A stretch of 64,000 nt of DNA from Bigelowiella natans CCMP2755 (taxonomy: Eukaryota > Protista > Cercozoa), in the NCBI GenBank assembly GCA_000320545.1, contig ADNK01002953.1:1-64000 (forward strand), read 5' to 3'. Positions 61,440-64,000 of this stretch are shown piece after piece. The position numbers and the translations under genes are program-made. The notes under the pieces are model-generated. The model was not told the origin of the DNA and searched no databases. It saw nothing but the letters and a program-made list of their open reading frames with translations. Position 1 is the first letter of the stretch. Each line of letters starts with the position of its first letter.

Positions 61440-61947
61440 ACAGACACACACACACACGCACACACACACACACACACACACATAAATACATACACTCACA
61501 CAAACACAAGCTCACATCGTATTATGCACATATATGTATACATATACATTTAACGCTATGAATTAGGGACCTGTCAACGAAGAGAGTCTTCTTTCAATAC
61601 TCCTCAAGTGTGATATGGACGAAATAGAGGTGATATGCTACCAAATATTAGCACGTGCTCTCAGTACTTCAATTATATTCTCTATATGCAAGACCCTCCT
61701 CCACACACTTCCCGAGTTATCCCCTTTCCACCTTCCCCCAGGCTTCCACGTACGCAAGAGATTTCTTCAGAAAGAGAAGCGAAAGCGACTTTGAAGAATT
61801 CTGCGAAGAGTGGACACGGATGAATAACTTCAAGTGAGACCACACGGGGAGGGGGACGGCAGGCAGGGAAGGGAGGGTTGTTGGAGCATGTTCCACAGAT
61901 GCATGAATCTCTATAACTCTGAGCAATCATCATGGCATCTTTTCACG

Positions 61948-62022
<75 letters not shown>

Positions 62023-62141
62023 ACCACTTTGCAGGGTTGTGCAGCTTATCTCCAAGGAATTCCGCCGCATTGATAAGAATAATGATAATTCTCTGTCTAA
62101 AAAGGAGCTGTACGCGGTAAGCAAGATCGATCGTTCTCTTT

Positions 62142-62191
<50 letters not shown>

Positions 62192-62471
62192 GTGATAGCC
62201 ACGCGCTCACAATAACGTTGATTTAGAAGACATAAACCTTGCGTTACGCATTCGACCCAGAGAGCGCGTTCACCCTCTAGCGACAAATCTTTACATCTTA
62301 TGATTCAATGCCATTCATTCATCTTTCCACCTTCATTCCTCCTGACTACGTAGTACTTCAAGCTGCATATGGACGACAAGGTAAAAGGGGTGAAGGGGGG
62401 GGAGGCAGTAGGTTTTAGTCAAACTTAATCTGGGAGCGAGAAACATAGCGCAAAGGAAGGCCGTGTCTTGT

Positions 62472-62508
<37 letters not shown>

Positions 62509-63087
62509 ATATAACGATGATGGTTTTGCAAGCGTTATCTTAGAAGAAAGATTTCTCATGTTCATCATCCATTTCTGCTTCTTACGTGCGTTTACACATA
62601 CCTGCGTATATAATACGCGCAGATTGCACTCGAGCAAATCGACCAGATTTTCGAGATTGTAGACATTGACGAGTCAGGAGGTACGACGCGAGTGATGAGT
62701 GTAGGCTGGCACTTGGAAGAGCATGCTGAGTAGTCGTGAGAAAGCATACAGATTTCCGTCCTCACTGAACATTTGTTCTTTGTAAGAGGCAAGGGGGGGG
62801 GATTAGAGAGACACGAAATAATTTCTATATGACGGCACCCTACATCCATCGATAGATTCAACACCTAAATGGCTGCTCTGCAGGAGAAAACCTGTCGTTG
62901 TTTACTGGCGTTTCTTCTTCTTTTTTTTTAATTCCGGTTTTGGAAGATCGGCAAATAACATCCTTCTTTTCCGCACTTCTTCTGCGCTTTAGGCGTGACC
63001 CCGTATGAGCTGCGGATGTGGTAAGTGGCACCTCCTCGAATGGGACAACGAACACAGATAGATACAAAAATGATACATGCATCAAAG

Positions 63088-63124
<37 letters not shown>

Positions 63125-63707
63125 CATGCTGCAAGTGCCTGGATGTTGTTGTCATTTTGAATAGCTAATAATCGCATCACATCACTAGTACAGCAATGAT
63201 ACCACCGCCACTCGTCTTTGCGTGTTTCCTGATGCCATCATCATCGTCGGCTACTGTTATTGTTGTTCGGCCGCAGGTACCGGAACTCGATATTAAAAGG
63301 CAAGATTCCTAAGAGAAAGCCAAAGCCAAAAGCGGCAAAGGGTACCGTGTATCACGAATAACACATATAATACAGTATGCATTAGTAGATGGGGCAATTA
63401 ATGCTCAGCTTCACAATTCCTCGTGCGCAAATACACGCACACACACACACACACACTCACACAAATGAAAGTATATCATTTTGAAAGTAACATTATCACA
63501 CCTCAGCAAGCCGTCCTCGGAAGGATCGCAATCGGAAGGCACATGCAACCTCCCGTACAGAGCACAAGGAGAACGTCAGCCCCCACCTTTCCCTGGCTGA
63601 CAGGGTGCATCTGGTGAAGCAAAGTGAGAAGCTCAGCAAGAAGAAGCTCAAAATGGAGGAGCTGAAGCGCAGTTTCAAAATGTGCGTACTTGTGTGTATG
63701 TGTATGT

Positions 63708-63740
<33 letters not shown>

Positions 63741-63985
63741 ATGCCTTGCACGCGGTCATGCATATCAGAGATCTGATGGAGTGTTCTTTGTGTTGTTTCT
63801 GGAGAGCGACGTAGTTTAATGATGTCTGTGCTTTTCCGTTCATAGTAGTGGTTTACAACGATGTAGCTCTGATATTATTAACGCATCCCTCCACCACCGC
63901 CACTACTACTTCAACTCCCCGTAGGATGAATAAGAACAACAACCAAGGGCCGGGGTCATTTTATTTGACCAAATTCGAGCTCCAG
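60960..63985 (+). CDS. EF-hand calcium-binding protein (possible N-myristoylated MG start), continues beyond window
   Basis: Exons encode AFSIAELTKVYRE, GPVNEESLLSILL, VVQLISKEFRRIDKNNDNSLSKKELYA (about 62035-62116), IALEQIDQIFEIVDIDESG|GVTPYELRMW and KMEELKRSFKM|MNKNNNQGPGSFYLTKFELQ. Start tentative. Confidence 0.78.
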
Positions 63986-64000
63986 GTTGGTCATTTCCAG

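Noticed and set aside
1-64000. Numerous ORFs with poly-HT, poly-RE, poly-IY, poly-V or poly-H runs; also tRNA/rRNA genes and autonomous transposons
   Set aside because: The ORFs are translations of intronic microsatellites. No tRNA, rRNA, transposase or RT motifs were recognisable by eye.

Overview
Eukaryotic nuclear DNA, gene-dense, with many short GT-AG introns that usually contain microsatellites; most ORF-track entries are microsatellite noise. Hand-splicing gives about 14 genes: a calredoxin-like EF-hand/thioredoxin (5' truncated), a ZZ/C2HC zinc finger + SAM-like protein, a PH-ankyrin-RING protein, a P2C Na+/K+-ATPase alpha, an intronless membrane protein, a large type II membrane protein, a truncated SSRP1/Rtt106-like PH gene, an auxin-efflux-carrier (PILS-like) transporter, a tyrosine-kinase-like + 14 LRR protein, a tandem ABM-like protein, a Delta7-sterol C5-desaturase, an unknown membrane protein, a coiled-coil/Sel1-repeat protein and an EF-hand protein (3' truncated). 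Two signal-peptide + transit-peptide-like leaders plus calredoxin suggest an alga with a green secondary plastid (chlorarachniophyte-like; inference). The most striking unexplained signal is a set of 0.5-1.5 kb blocks, mostly intergenic and repeat-containing, where TpA is almost absent except in TAG/CTA (mainly CTAG) while CpG stays plentiful. Paralogous copies show reciprocal TG/CA differences and Tyr->His/Cys codon changes. This fits a repeat-targeted A->G (TAH->TGH) hypermutation process, a mirror image of fungal RIP, which may also have acted on the LRR array and on the middle of one gene. All counts and splice models were made by eye.
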